Shown here piece by piece: positions 37,393-46,162 of a DNA stretch of 52,421 nt. Position 1 is the stretch's first letter; each line of letters opens with the position of its first letter. The notes beneath the pieces are model-generated. The model ran no database searches, was not told the DNA's origin, and saw only the letters and a list, made by a program, of their open reading frames with translations. The DNA lies in IMG/VR virus record IMGVR_UViG_3300025392_000466, positions 1 to 52,421 of that record. One strand, written 5' to 3'. The position numbers and the translations under genes are program-made. This DNA comes from a virus (taxonomy: Duplodnaviria; Caudoviricetes).

Positions 37393-37581
37393 ATGACAAA
37401 CAAAGTAATTTCAGGAGAATGTTTAGAATGTGAATCAACTTATGCCGTTGAGTATGTTGAACAATTAGTATCACAACCTTTGCCAGAATATTGCCCTTTC
37501 TGTGGTGATCCAATCGAAGAATTATCCGAAGAATATATAGAGGATGATGACTTAGATGAAGATGACCTCAAATGGGAATAA
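37393..37581 (+). CDS. small zinc-ribbon protein
   Basis: CLEC...CPFC, acidic tail. Confidence 0.75.
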   Translation: MTNKVISGECLECESTYAVEYVEQLVSQPLPEYCPFCGDPIEELSEEYIEDDDLDEDDLKWE

Positions 37582-38024
37582 ACTGGCAATATAATGATAC
37601 TGATTTCACAGAAGACCAAATTGGTGATAGTTACGGATTTGTATATCTGATAACAAACCTAGAGAACAATAAAAAGTATATCGGCAAGAAACTTTTCTGG
37701 TTCTCTAGGACCAAAACGGTAAAAGGTAAACGTAAAAGAGTGAAAGTCCCATCGGACTGGCAAACTTATTACGGAAGTAGTGACAAACTGCAAAAAGATG
37801 TTATACTATACGGACAGGATAAATTCCGCCGAGAGATACTACATCTTTGCAAGACAAAAGGTGAGTGTAGTTACCTTGAAGCGAAAGAGCAATTCGCAAA
37901 TAATGTAATGGAAAGTGATGAGTATTACAATGACTGGATCATGGTCAGAGTAAGAAAGTCTCATATTAAGGACTACAATGACCGAACTAACAGAACTCAA
38001 ACAACTATTGAACAACGATTGTGA
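37572..38024 (+). CDS. GIY-YIG endonuclease (T4 endonuclease II-like)
   Basis: GFVYLITN...KKYIGKK, YYGSS, YYN. Confidence 0.75.
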   Translation: MGINWQYNDTDFTEDQIGDSYGFVYLITNLENNKKYIGKKLFWFSRTKTVKGKRKRVKVPSDWQTYYGSSDKLQKDVILYGQDKFRREILHLCKTKGECSYLEAKEQFANNVMESDEYYNDWIMVRVRKSHIKDYNDRTNRTQTTIEQRL

Positions 38025-38322
38025 TAGTTATGTCTTTTTACCAACAGAAGATGAAACTATACATGTTCAAGCAAGTGAATATAAGGATAAGGGAATCAAA
38101 TTAGATGGTTCACCTATGGGAGACTGTTATCATATTATTCTTTTTAGAGAAGACGAAGAAGGTGCACTGGTTGATGTGGATAAGTTTGAGGGTATCTTAA
38201 CTGCACCAGTTGAATATATTATGAGAATGATTAAAGAAGATTGGTTTGGTGTTGTTTGCAGAAAAACAACAACTTCCGATGAATTTGTTAACAACGTATT
38301 TGCCAAATTGCAAGAAGTGTGA
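37978..38322 (+). CDS. hypothetical protein
   Basis: 114-aa ORF, SD AAGGA. Confidence 0.7.
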   Translation: MTELTELKQLLNNDCDSYVFLPTEDETIHVQASEYKDKGIKLDGSPMGDCYHIILFREDEEGALVDVDKFEGILTAPVEYIMRMIKEDWFGVVCRKTTTSDEFVNNVFAKLQEV

Positions 38323-38352
38323 TATAGTACAATTTTAACTATTGGATTCGTA

Positions 38353-39204
38353 ATGATTCTCGTTGACCTGAACCAAGTCCTTTTAGCAGGACTTATGGCT
38401 CAAATCTCAAACCAAAAGAACGTGAAGTTGGAAGAAGGTTTAATCCGACATATGGTTCTCAATATCCTCCGAATGCACCTCAAGACGTTCCGCAAGGAAT
38501 ATGGTGAAGTTGTACTCTGCTGTGATAACCGCAAGTATTGGCGCAAGGAGTTCTTTCCATTCTACAAGGCAGGTCGTAAAAAGACCCGTGAAAAGTCTCC
38601 ATTAGATTGGCATGCCATCTTTGACATGTTGGCAAAGTTCAAGCAAGAATTGAAAGAAAACTTTCCTTATAAAGTTATTGATGTTGAATCTGCTGAAGCA
38701 GATGATATCATTGGTACTCTTGTTCCTCGCCATGCCGCACACGAAAAGATTCTTATCCTTTCCAGTGATGGAGATTTCTTACAGTTGCAACGCTGGGGTA
38801 GTAATGTCAAACAATACAATCCTGCATTGAAGAAATATTTGAAATCTGAGAATCCAATGATGGAACTCCAAGAAAAAATCATTCGTGGTGATAAGGGTGA
38901 CGGTATTCCTAACATCTTTTCACCAAGTGATTGTTTTGTCCGTGATTTGAGACAGAAACCTATAACCAAAGGTGTATTAGACAAATTGCTAAAAGAGAAT
39001 GCCGAAGATTGGTCGGATGAAAATGCAAAAATTGGTTATTCTCGTAACAAGACATTAATTGACTTGACCTGCATTCCCACTGAAATTAAAGAACAAATTA
39101 TAAATACTTACGAAGAAGCTAAACCTGCAAATAAGCAGAAGATGTTGAATTATTTCATTCAATATAAATTAACCAACCTAATGGATGTGATTGAGGATTT
39201 CTAA
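38353..39204 (+). CDS. rnh: T4 RNase H (5'-3' flap exonuclease family)
   Basis: ILVDLNQ, YWR...YKA.R, EADD, SSDGDF.QL, GDKGDGIPN. Confidence 0.95.
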   Translation: MILVDLNQVLLAGLMAQISNQKNVKLEEGLIRHMVLNILRMHLKTFRKEYGEVVLCCDNRKYWRKEFFPFYKAGRKKTREKSPLDWHAIFDMLAKFKQELKENFPYKVIDVESAEADDIIGTLVPRHAAHEKILILSSDGDFLQLQRWGSNVKQYNPALKKYLKSENPMMELQEKIIRGDKGDGIPNIFSPSDCFVRDLRQKPITKGVLDKLLKENAEDWSDENAKIGYSRNKTLIDLTCIPTEIKEQIINTYEEAKPANKQKMLNYFIQYKLTNLMDVIEDF

Positions 39205-39626
39205 TGAAGAATATGTATGAAGTTTTTGACGAATTTGAATTAGCCAAAAATAAAAAAGAACGAATTGCAGTATTGCAGAGAAATGTTTCCAAGTTGTTGA
39301 CACAAGTTTTGGAATTAGCATTTCATCCGCAATATGAGTGGTTACATCATGAAGTTCCACCAGGATATCAAATTAAAGATGTTCCAGTAGGAATGGGTTA
39401 TGCACAATTGACCACCGAAATCCGGAAACTGTATATGTTCCGTAAAGGTGACTCAACCGCTGAAAAACTAACACCACAAAAGCGTAACCAATTACTCGTT
39501 GAGTATCTCCAGAACCTAGAGCCACGGGAGGCAGAAGTCGTTATTGGTATTTTCAATAAAGACTTGGGTGTCAGAGGTCTGGATTATAAGTTCGTTAAAG
39601 AAGCCTTTCCCGGAATGTTACCATAA
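39204..39626 (+). CDS. conserved T4-like hypothetical protein
   Basis: KR.QL...L..L.P.EAE.....K..L.......V.EAFP pattern. Confidence 0.7.
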   Translation: MKNMYEVFDEFELAKNKKERIAVLQRNVSKLLTQVLELAFHPQYEWLHHEVPPGYQIKDVPVGMGYAQLTTEIRKLYMFRKGDSTAEKLTPQKRNQLLVEYLQNLEPREAEVVIGIFNKDLGVRGLDYKFVKEAFPGMLP

Positions 39627-39640
39627 TAAGGAGTTAGTAA

Positions 39641-39820
39641 GTGTCCAAAAATGTAGCTAAGTTTCGCAAAGAAAGAGACTACAACGATGAATATGCATTT
39701 AAAACAAATACATATGACCGTAAACAGCGAGACAAACAAAGAGAATCCAAAAAACAGTCAAAGTATTTTGATGCATACGAATCGGACTACTATTCAGACG
39801 CAAAACGTTACCGCAAATAA
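39641..39820 (+). CDS. small charged hypothetical protein (59 aa, not in ORF track)
   Basis: GTG start after SD AAGGAG; open to TAA 39818-39820. Confidence 0.6.
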   Translation: MSKNVAKFRKERDYNDEYAFKTNTYDRKQRDKQRESKKQSKYFDAYESDYYSDAKRYRK

Positions 39821-39872
39821 TGTTGTAAAAAAACAACACATGACTTGACAAGAACTAAAATCTCTGTATAAT
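39821..39872 (+). promoter_or_regulatory. early promoter with upstream palindrome
   Basis: TGTTG-N8-CAACA; TTGACA-16-TATAAT. Confidence 0.85.
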
Positions 39873-39894
39873 ACAAAACTTGTATGGAGATTTT

Positions 39895-40239
39895 ATGTTT
39901 ATTCACGGTAGTATTCCTAAGTCAAAAAAACGCAAAGTGCCTAAGGCTCAACAGGCTCAGTATGATGCATGGTTAAAATCCATCGAGGATATGAAACCTA
40001 AATCATTGAGTAAATTTACTCAGCGTACCGAAATCAAAAGTCCTGTTGTTACAGGCGTTTTTGTTCGGGAAACTCGTAAAATCGAATCTTTAGATACTGG
40101 CCTTGGTGTTGCCACCAAAGCACCACCAAAAGTTTACACCGGAACAAAGGTTAAGGGCATTGCAACTATGCATAAGTCTAATGCCGTGCCGGTTTTTACT
40201 GATGAAGAAGCAAAAGACATTTCAAGCATGAGGCGATAA
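39895..40239 (+). CDS. conserved basic hypothetical protein
   Basis: ATG 39895 with SD GGAG; YTGT..KGIATMHKSNAVPVF motif. Confidence 0.75.
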   Translation: MFIHGSIPKSKKRKVPKAQQAQYDAWLKSIEDMKPKSLSKFTQRTEIKSPVVTGVFVRETRKIESLDTGLGVATKAPPKVYTGTKVKGIATMHKSNAVPVFTDEEAKDISSMRR

Positions 40240-40373
40240 TGAAAAATACTAAATTTGTTGTAAAATTACAACGTCCGGTCTGTCGGACACCTATTAAACC
40301 AGTGCAAGCACATAAAAATGCTGCAAAATATTCCCGTAAACTGAAACATCCAACGAAAAGTCTGGAAAATTGA
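40239..40373 (+). CDS. small basic peptide (44 aa)
   Basis: TAATG-coupled; ends HKNAAKYSRKLKHPTKSLEN. Confidence 0.55.
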   Translation: MKNTKFVVKLQRPVCRTPIKPVQAHKNAAKYSRKLKHPTKSLEN

Positions 40374-40377
40374 TTAT

Positions 40378-40533
40378 ATGCAAATACAAAATGATGACCG
40401 TAAGCCGGAAACACTCAAAGTTGACCAAGAAGCAGTAAAATCACTAATTGAAGTTACTAAAATGTGGGCCAATCTCACTCAATTTGAGCAGGACCAAGAA
40501 AATTATGAAAAACTTAAACATCAATATGAATGA
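40378..40533 (+). CDS. small hypothetical protein (51 aa)
   Basis: Fills the gap between coupled ORFs. Confidence 0.5.
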   Translation: MQIQNDDRKPETLKVDQEAVKSLIEVTKMWANLTQFEQDQENYEKLKHQYE

Positions 40534-40690
40534 CCGTTCTTGGCCAGCAATTATTGAAGATGCTCCAGACGGATCCGGCGATGGAATTCTAACTTTTCCT
40601 CCGGAACTAATTGAAATTACTGGATGGGTAGAAGGAACTAAACTAAACCTTGAAGTAAAAGACGGTTGTCTCTATATTACTGAAATTTAG
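40526..40690 (+). CDS. AbrB/MazE-like DNA-binding protein
   Basis: GDGILTFPPEL....GW..G..LNLEV.DG.LYI swapped-hairpin pattern. Confidence 0.65.
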   Translation: MNDRSWPAIIEDAPDGSGDGILTFPPELIEITGWVEGTKLNLEVKDGCLYITEI

Positions 40691-40738
40691 TTGTAAAAAT
40701 ACAACACCACTTGACAAAACCTAGAATTATTGTATAAT
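40690..40738 (+). promoter_or_regulatory. early promoter with upstream palindrome
   Basis: GTTG-TAAAAATA-CAAC; TTGACA-16-TATAAT. Confidence 0.85.
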
Positions 40739-40763
40739 ACATACATATTCATTAGGACTTATT

Positions 40764-42920
40764 ATGTTACTTACTCAATCCAAGTCACTTTTGGCCAAAC
40801 TCATGGCCACCGAAAATCTTCACATTGAACAACGCAACGTTTCTACTGCATCCTTTGATGTTCAGAATCGTGTTTTGACTATTCCTGTTCTAAACAAAGA
40901 CATTACAAACGACCAATACGACCTTTTCATTGGTCATGAAGTCGGCCACGCACTTTTTACTCCATTGGATGGTCTTAAAAAGGCATTTGAAGAAAAAATG
41001 TCTATGTCCGTGCTGAATGTTGTTGAAGATTCTCGCATCGAACGCAAAATCAAGTCAAAATATCCTGGTTTGCGCCAGTCCTTTATTCGTGCATACAAGG
41101 ATTTGCTCGAAAAAGACTTCTTTGGTACTAAAGGTGAAGACCTGAACAAACTTAATTTCATTGACCGCATCAATTTGTATTGCAAAGGTGGTGTTGACCT
41201 TGGTATTTTGTTCACCGATGAAGAAAAACTCATCTTGAATGAAGTGGAAAGCACTGTAACCTATGATGATGTCATCCGTGTCGCTAAAAAAATCTGCGAT
41301 AACATGACGGAAGAAGAAAAAGAACAGTCTAAATCCTCAAATCTTGACGATTATGAGTATGACGAAGACGGAAATGAAACAGAACCCGGTGATTCAAATG
41401 GTGATTCTGCTGAAAATACTGGTTCCGGCAAAAAAACTGAGACTGAAAAGTCAGAAGGACAATTGGAACAGTCTAATGGCAATTCGAAACCTGAAAAACA
41501 AGAATCTAATGATGATGGCCAGATAAAAAGTGAGACTAAAGGTGCTGCCGGTCAATCCGGTGCTAACACCAAGACTCCTATTTCACATACCGATGAAGCG
41601 TTCCGCAGGAATGAACACAAATTGTTCTCGAATGATGGTCGTAAATATGCATACGGCAATGTTCCCAAGTTGAATATTGACGAAATTATTGTTGACCACA
41701 AACTGCTGTGGAATCGTTATCGTTTGGATGTGAAAACCAAAGTTGACTACGCCAAACATGTCAACGGGGGTTATGAATTGCCTGATGGTCGTAATGGTGC
41801 CGATAAAAATGCCTATCAAAAGTTGCGTGAAGAATCCAAGAAAGTTGTTGGTTACTTGGTAAAAGAATTTGAACTGCGTAAAAATGCGGATCAAATGAAA
41901 CGTGCAGCCGTTGCCAAAACTGGTGAATTGAATATGTCTAAAATCTATTCTTATGGTTTTAGTGAAGATATCTTCAAAAAGATTTCAGTTGTACCTAACG
42001 GCAAGTCTCACGGCTTGGTTATGTTTATTGACTGGTCTGGCTCAATGCACAATCACATTGATAACACTATCCGTCAATTGTTGAATCTGGTTATGTTCTG
42101 TAAGAAAGTTAACATTCCCTATGATGTTTATGCTTTCACGCAAGCATATGATAAAAATGCACGTGTTCATCCTAAGAAAGATGACATGGTATTGGGTGAA
42201 TTCTCTTTGATGAATCTGTTGTCTAGTCGTATGTCAGCAAGCGAATATTCATATGCCGCTTCCGCTTTGTTGGCTTTTCATAATCGTTACTGCGTCAAAC
42301 CTGATTGGTTCGGTCTTTCTGGTACTCCATTGAATGAGGCTGTTGTTGCCGCCATGGAAATTGTTCCCAAATTCCGTAAAGACAATCGTTTGCAAATTGT
42401 GAATACTGTATTCTTGACTGATGGTGATGGCCAAAAATCATTGTATGCATATGATTCTACTGGTCGTTATACAAGCCGACAAAGTAATACAACCTTTGTT
42501 ATTCGTGACCCTGTAACTAAACATGAAGAATATGTTGAAGATGGTTACAGTCGTGAATTGACTGCCGCATATATCAAACTATTGAAGGCACGTACCAATG
42601 CACATGTGGTTGGTTTCTATGTTCTTTCTGGTCGTGATTTTGGTTATCAAATGCACCACTTTTCTGATGCTGAAACCACTGCTGAACAGGATGAATTCAA
42701 GAAGAAATTCCGCAGTAATAAGTACCAAGTCGTAACATCAGAAGGTTATGATGAATACTACCTACTATATGCAGAGGGCCTGGAAACAGATGATGATACA
42801 GAATTTGAAGTGAAAGAAAATGCAACAACCCGTGGTTTTGTATCTGCTTTCTCCAAATACAATAACAACCGTAAAGCCAACCGAGTGGTATTGAACCGCT
42901 TTATTGGCCTGATTGCTTAA
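40764..42920 (+). CDS. HExxH metallopeptidase-like plus VWA (CobT-like) protein
   Basis: GHEVGHAL; acidic linker; DWSGS, GTPL, LTDG MIDAS motifs. Confidence 0.85.
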   Translation: MLLTQSKSLLAKLMATENLHIEQRNVSTASFDVQNRVLTIPVLNKDITNDQYDLFIGHEVGHALFTPLDGLKKAFEEKMSMSVLNVVEDSRIERKIKSKYPGLRQSFIRAYKDLLEKDFFGTKGEDLNKLNFIDRINLYCKGGVDLGILFTDEEKLILNEVESTVTYDDVIRVAKKICDNMTEEEKEQSKSSNLDDYEYDEDGNETEPGDSNGDSAENTGSGKKTETEKSEGQLEQSNGNSKPEKQESNDDGQIKSETKGAAGQSGANTKTPISHTDEAFRRNEHKLFSNDGRKYAYGNVPKLNIDEIIVDHKLLWNRYRLDVKTKVDYAKHVNGGYELPDGRNGADKNAYQKLREESKKVVGYLVKEFELRKNADQMKRAAVAKTGELNMSKIYSYGFSEDIFKKISVVPNGKSHGLVMFIDWSGSMHNHIDNTIRQLLNLVMFCKKVNIPYDVYAFTQAYDKNARVHPKKDDMVLGEFSLMNLLSSRMSASEYSYAASALLAFHNRYCVKPDWFGLSGTPLNEAVVAAMEIVPKFRKDNRLQIVNTVFLTDGDGQKSLYAYDSTGRYTSRQSNTTFVIRDPVTKHEEYVEDGYSRELTAAYIKLLKARTNAHVVGFYVLSGRDFGYQMHHFSDAETTAEQDEFKKKFRSNKYQVVTSEGYDEYYLLYAEGLETDDDTEFEVKENATTRGFVSAFSKYNNNRKANRVVLNRFIGLIA

Positions 42921-42928
42921 GGATTATT

Positions 42929-43126
42929 ATGAGCGAAATTATAATGATGTATAGCCACAGAAATAAAAGAACCGAAGTCATCAGAGAAGATGATGGTACA
43001 TATACCGTTGTCTTCTTTTCAAACGGTACTTGGATGCATGAAACCATTTCCACTAACGTAAACGAAGCCAAGCGATTGGCCGAGAATTACGTTAATATTG
43101 GTCCTGCTGAATTCTTATCTGAATAA
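42929..43126 (+). CDS. hypothetical protein
   Basis: 65 aa, SD AAGGA. Confidence 0.7.
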   Translation: MSEIIMMYSHRNKRTEVIREDDGTYTVVFFSNGTWMHETISTNVNEAKRLAENYVNIGPAEFLSE

Positions 43127-43128
43127 GA

Positions 43129-43290
43129 TTAAAACCAAGGCGCAACGCCTTTTTTCTCATACTGGCGAACCCAATAATCAACTTCAGCGGCACTTTGAAC
43201 ACCTTTAGAAGCAATGAATCTTTCAAGACCTTTGCTATAAGTATTTGCATCAAATAAGTTTTTGAAGAATTTAGAAATTACATTAAACAT
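43129..43290 (-). CDS. small hypothetical protein (53 aa, not in ORF track)
   Basis: MFNVISKFFKNLFDANTYSKGLERFIASKGVQSAAEVDYWVRQYEKKGVAPWF; own late promoter. Confidence 0.65.
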   Translation of the reverse strand: MFNVISKFFKNLFDANTYSKGLERFIASKGVQSAAEVDYWVRQYEKKGVAPWF

Positions 43291-43319
43291 TTTATCCACC
43301 CTAGTAGTAACGATATTAG

Positions 43320-43327
43320 TATTTATA
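43320..43327 (-). promoter_or_regulatory. T4-type late promoter
   Basis: TATAAATA on the minus strand ~30 bp upstream of ATG 43290. Confidence 0.65.
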
Positions 43328-43365
43328 CTAACTTATGTTGCAACGCACAAAAAAGAAAGTAAATT

Positions 43366-43626
43366 ATGATTACACCATTAAAAGACCGAGTTATCATTGA
43401 GTTGGTACAAAAAGAAACCACCACAGCAAGTGGTATTGTCCTGTCCAGTGCCGATCCAGCAGAAGCAAATCGTGGTATTGTTCTCTCTATTGGCCAAGAA
43501 GTACTTGACGTAAAAGTTGGAGATGTTATACTTGCTAACTGGAACAAAGCAACCAAATCAAAGGTAGACCAAGATGAGTTTTACATTATTAAAGAAGAAG
43601 ATATCATTGCTGTTTTCGAGGATTAA
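43366..43626 (+). CDS. groES: co-chaperonin GroES
   Basis: PLKDRVII...TTASGIVL...G.VLSIG...VKVGD...IIKEEDIIA. Confidence 0.93.
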   Translation: MITPLKDRVIIELVQKETTTASGIVLSSADPAEANRGIVLSIGQEVLDVKVGDVILANWNKATKSKVDQDEFYIIKEEDIIAVFED

Positions 43627-43692
43627 TTACTGGTTTTCCAGCGCCTCCGGAACCTCCTGCAATAATAACTGTAACCAAGGACGTAACTGCAC

Positions 43693-44352
43693 ATGCAAGT
43701 AATTCCGCATACACCGCATAAACCCTTGGTGACCAGAACACCTTTTGACCAATTGAGTAACCTAGAACGCCTCAAAGAAGCCCTAGAAAAAGACAAACCA
43801 GAGTCTCAGTTATTCCAAGAGGAATGCAAAGAACTCAAGTTGAAGGTCAGACAATCAGTTTTTAGGTTGTTTACTGATTTTCGTTTTGGTGTCCGGGAAC
43901 AAATGTCAATACAACTGATTCTCTCTGGAGGTTCCATATCGTCCTTATATCATGGAGAAAACGTAAAGGACTATGACTTCTGGTGCAGAGATTCCAAAGA
44001 CATTCATCCGTTGGCCACTATTCTCAGAGATGAGGCCAAAGATATTATAATGGATGATACTGGTCCCGAATACGGTGATATCTTTGAAGCAACTGGTTTC
44101 CATGAATCACCTAATGCAATTACTCTCAAGAACCGAATGCAATTGATAACACTTTCGGATTATGAGAAAGCCCGTAGTGCTTTTGATTTCATCCATTGTA
44201 TGCCCTATTATGACCTACACAGTGACCGATTGTATATCTCGATGGAACAATGGAGACTTATCAAGAGTAAGAGATTGGTTCGCCAGCACTTGACCATAGA
44301 ACCTTCTAGTCACCGTGTAGCGAAATATAAAGAGAGAGGATGGAAAATATGA
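43693..44352 (+). CDS. Pol-beta-superfamily nucleotidyltransferase-like protein
   Basis: LSGGSISS....VKDYDF, NAITL, FDFIHC. Confidence 0.65.
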   Translation: MQVIPHTPHKPLVTRTPFDQLSNLERLKEALEKDKPESQLFQEECKELKLKVRQSVFRLFTDFRFGVREQMSIQLILSGGSISSLYHGENVKDYDFWCRDSKDIHPLATILRDEAKDIIMDDTGPEYGDIFEATGFHESPNAITLKNRMQLITLSDYEKARSAFDFIHCMPYYDLHSDRLYISMEQWRLIKSKRLVRQHLTIEPSSHRVAKYKERGWKI

Positions 44353-44711
44353 GTATAGTATATGATCCAAATTCCTATACTGCACCAAACGGAATATCGG
44401 GTACTGTTATTGGACCTCTTACAGTCAATAGTAATTATGATTCAGGATTAAATTTTCAGAGCGTTCGTGGTGAAATGGTGTCGGTGCAAATGGCTATTGG
44501 TAGTAGTCTACTTGAAGACAATCTTATTGACAAAGATAAGATTAAACATGAATTGGCCTTGGAACTTGCACACAAATTATTGTCTGGTAAGTATATTGAA
44601 TTCACGCAACGACATGATTATCCAACGGATAACAAAATTATTGCTGCAAGATTATTTGTTACTCCCGATGGACAGACCCAATTGATTAGAAAGGTTCAAG
44701 AGAAGTCATGA
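44340..44711 (+). CDS. hypothetical protein
   Basis: Start may be 44349 (ATGA overlap). Confidence 0.65.
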   Translation: MENMSIVYDPNSYTAPNGISGTVIGPLTVNSNYDSGLNFQSVRGEMVSVQMAIGSSLLEDNLIDKDKIKHELALELAHKLLSGKYIEFTQRHDYPTDNKIIAARLFVTPDGQTQLIRKVQEKS

Positions 44712-44869
44712 ACATCCTACTGGTCGGTGTAAATTCACTGAACCTTTTCTCTTTTATGATTGGTATGTTCTTTGCAGCAACCATGTTCCGAGCAAAAGCA
44801 TTAATCTTTGTAGTGGTATACTTCATGGCTCTTGCTGGTTACTACTGGTGGAAATCTGGAGCCGTATGA
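44708..44869 (+). CDS. small membrane protein (53 aa, not in ORF track)
   Basis: ATGA-coupled both ends; two hydrophobic segments. Confidence 0.6.
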   Translation: MNILLVGVNSLNLFSFMIGMFFAATMFRAKALIFVVVYFMALAGYYWWKSGAV

Positions 44870-45048
44870 TTACCGCTAAAGACATTGAGTATTATACTAA
44901 GACCTATGTGTGTATGCATGGTCCTGTAGATTCACAGGAGAAACTTGTGGATATGCTCAATTGGGTGGAAAAAATGAGGTCCATGCGTCCGGACCTCCGA
45001 AAAAAAATTTTGAGGATTAAAAATAGTAAAATTCGAAATCCTGCGTAG
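44866..45048 (+). CDS. hypothetical protein
   Basis: ATG 44866 in ATGA overlap. Confidence 0.55.
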   Translation: MITAKDIEYYTKTYVCMHGPVDSQEKLVDMLNWVEKMRSMRPDLRKKILRIKNSKIRNPA

Positions 45049-45222
45049 GACCGGAAAAAATAAAATAGACGAAAAAAGAGTTTGACCTGGTGGCGATTTT
45101 TTCTTACACGCACCGCCACCAACGGCCCGCAAGGCCCCAGCACTGTCTCCGGGGGCTGCCCGGTCCCTGCGGTGGGCCTCTGAGGGCCTTGCCATGGCCC
45201 CTGTGATTATGCTATAATGGAC

Positions 45223-45348
45223 CTATTTTCTCTCCGGTATTATCCTCCGATTAACTACTGATTTTCCCATTCTATATTCCAAGAGAACCAGCGCCTCTTC
45301 CTTATTACCCATGAGAGCCATTACCATTAGTTTGAACCGATTATCCAT
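45223..45348 (-). CDS. small hypothetical protein (41 aa)
   Basis: SD AGGAG upstream; follows 45350..45595. Confidence 0.4.
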   Translation of the reverse strand: MDNRFKLMVMALMGNKEEALVLLEYRMGKSVVNRRIIPERK

Positions 45349-45349
45349 A

Positions 45350-45595
45350 TTATACTCCTGCCCTGTTCAATTTGGATTCCGTATGCTTGGCCAAATCACT
45401 GATAATCTGGTGCTGTTTGGTTACTGGCATATCCGCTATTATGTTATTCAATAATGACTGGATATACCCTAAGGTGTAATGTGCATTATCGGTGCGGTCA
45501 TAACCACGATTATCATTCATTATCCGGATGGATTCTATGAGGTCATTGGTTACTGTGTTAACGTCATTATAGGTGAAACGGATTTTCTTGGACAT
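45350..45595 (-). CDS. hypothetical protein
   Basis: 81 aa, SD AAGGA. Confidence 0.7.
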   Translation of the reverse strand: MSKKIRFTYNDVNTVTNDLIESIRIMNDNRGYDRTDNAHYTLGYIQSLLNNIIADMPVTKQHQIISDLAKHTESKLNRAGV

Positions 45596-45604
45596 AATGG
45601 TTCC

Positions 45605-45664
45605 TTATAGAATGAAAAACTTGAAAGCGATAATGCAGATAATGAGAATGGATAATACTAGCAT
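45605..45664 (-). CDS. 19-aa hydrophobic peptide
   Basis: MLVLSILIICIIAFKFFIL, TAATG-coupled. Confidence 0.4.
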   Translation of the reverse strand: MLVLSILIICIIAFKFFIL

Positions 45665-45756
45665 TAATAACCTTTATAATGGGCCACGATAATAGCAGGA
45701 CCAATCATACAGGCGAGAATAACTGCTGAGGAGATAATGTCTTGGATGAGTTTCAT
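45664..45756 (-). CDS. 30-aa hydrophobic peptide
   Basis: MKLIQDIISSAVILACMIGPAIIVAHYKGY; SD AAAGG; promoter directly upstream. Confidence 0.55.
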   Translation of the reverse strand: MKLIQDIISSAVILACMIGPAIIVAHYKGY

Positions 45757-45786
45757 TGTGGTACCTTTGTTTGTTTGTATGGATGG

Positions 45787-45815
45787 ATTATAACCGATCC
45801 ATGGCCGATCGGCAA
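45787..45815 (-). promoter_or_regulatory. sigma70-type promoter (leftward)
   Basis: TTGCCG-17-TATAAT. Confidence 0.65.
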
Positions 45816-45853
45816 CCAATACTTGACCATTCCGGTGGTGTATTCTCGGGGGC

Positions 45854-45881
45854 TTGTAAAATCCTCCGGTTCTGGTATAAT
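45854..45881 (+). promoter_or_regulatory. sigma70-type promoter (rightward)
   Basis: TTGTAA-16-TATAAT with GGTTCTGG spacer shared with other early promoters. Confidence 0.55.
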
Positions 45882-45958
45882 AGGATCCAGATTCGAAGCC
45901 AAGCGGGATGGACACGGAGGCTGCCTGAGTGTAATCCGGAGAAAACCTCGTTTGGACC

Positions 45959-46024
45959 ATTATAACATAGAATCCACGGCGGTGTCAACCAAAATATTTT
46001 CGAGAATGTTGCGAAAAAACAACG
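45959..46024 (-). promoter_or_regulatory. early promoter (leftward) with upstream palindrome
   Basis: TTGACA-18-TATAAT; TGTTG-N8-CAACG at 46007-46024. Confidence 0.7.
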
Positions 46025-46098
46025 GAAAACCTCTGAAAATGCTTGCCAACCTTCGGAAAATTTTGCTCGGAATCGCGGTAAGACACTTAGTGCCAATG

Positions 46099-46150
46099 TT
46101 ATCCACAGGTTCCGATTGATTCCGAAAGACTTATTCACAGGTTATCCACA
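46099..46150 (+). promoter_or_regulatory. DnaA-box cluster
   Basis: TTATCCACA (46099, 46142) and TTATTCACA (46131), same orientation. Confidence 0.7.
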
Positions 46151-46162
46151 GCATGCGACTAA

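Noticed and set aside
13273-40210. Other CTGATGA matches as hammerheads
   Set aside because: Inside coding regions; no flanking stems or GAAA/UH geometry noticed
44904-46138. Track ORFs 44904..45143, 44932..45195, 45742..46119, 45756..45965 and 45788..46138
   Set aside because: Run through promoters, DnaA boxes and GC-rich stems; no RBS; atypical composition
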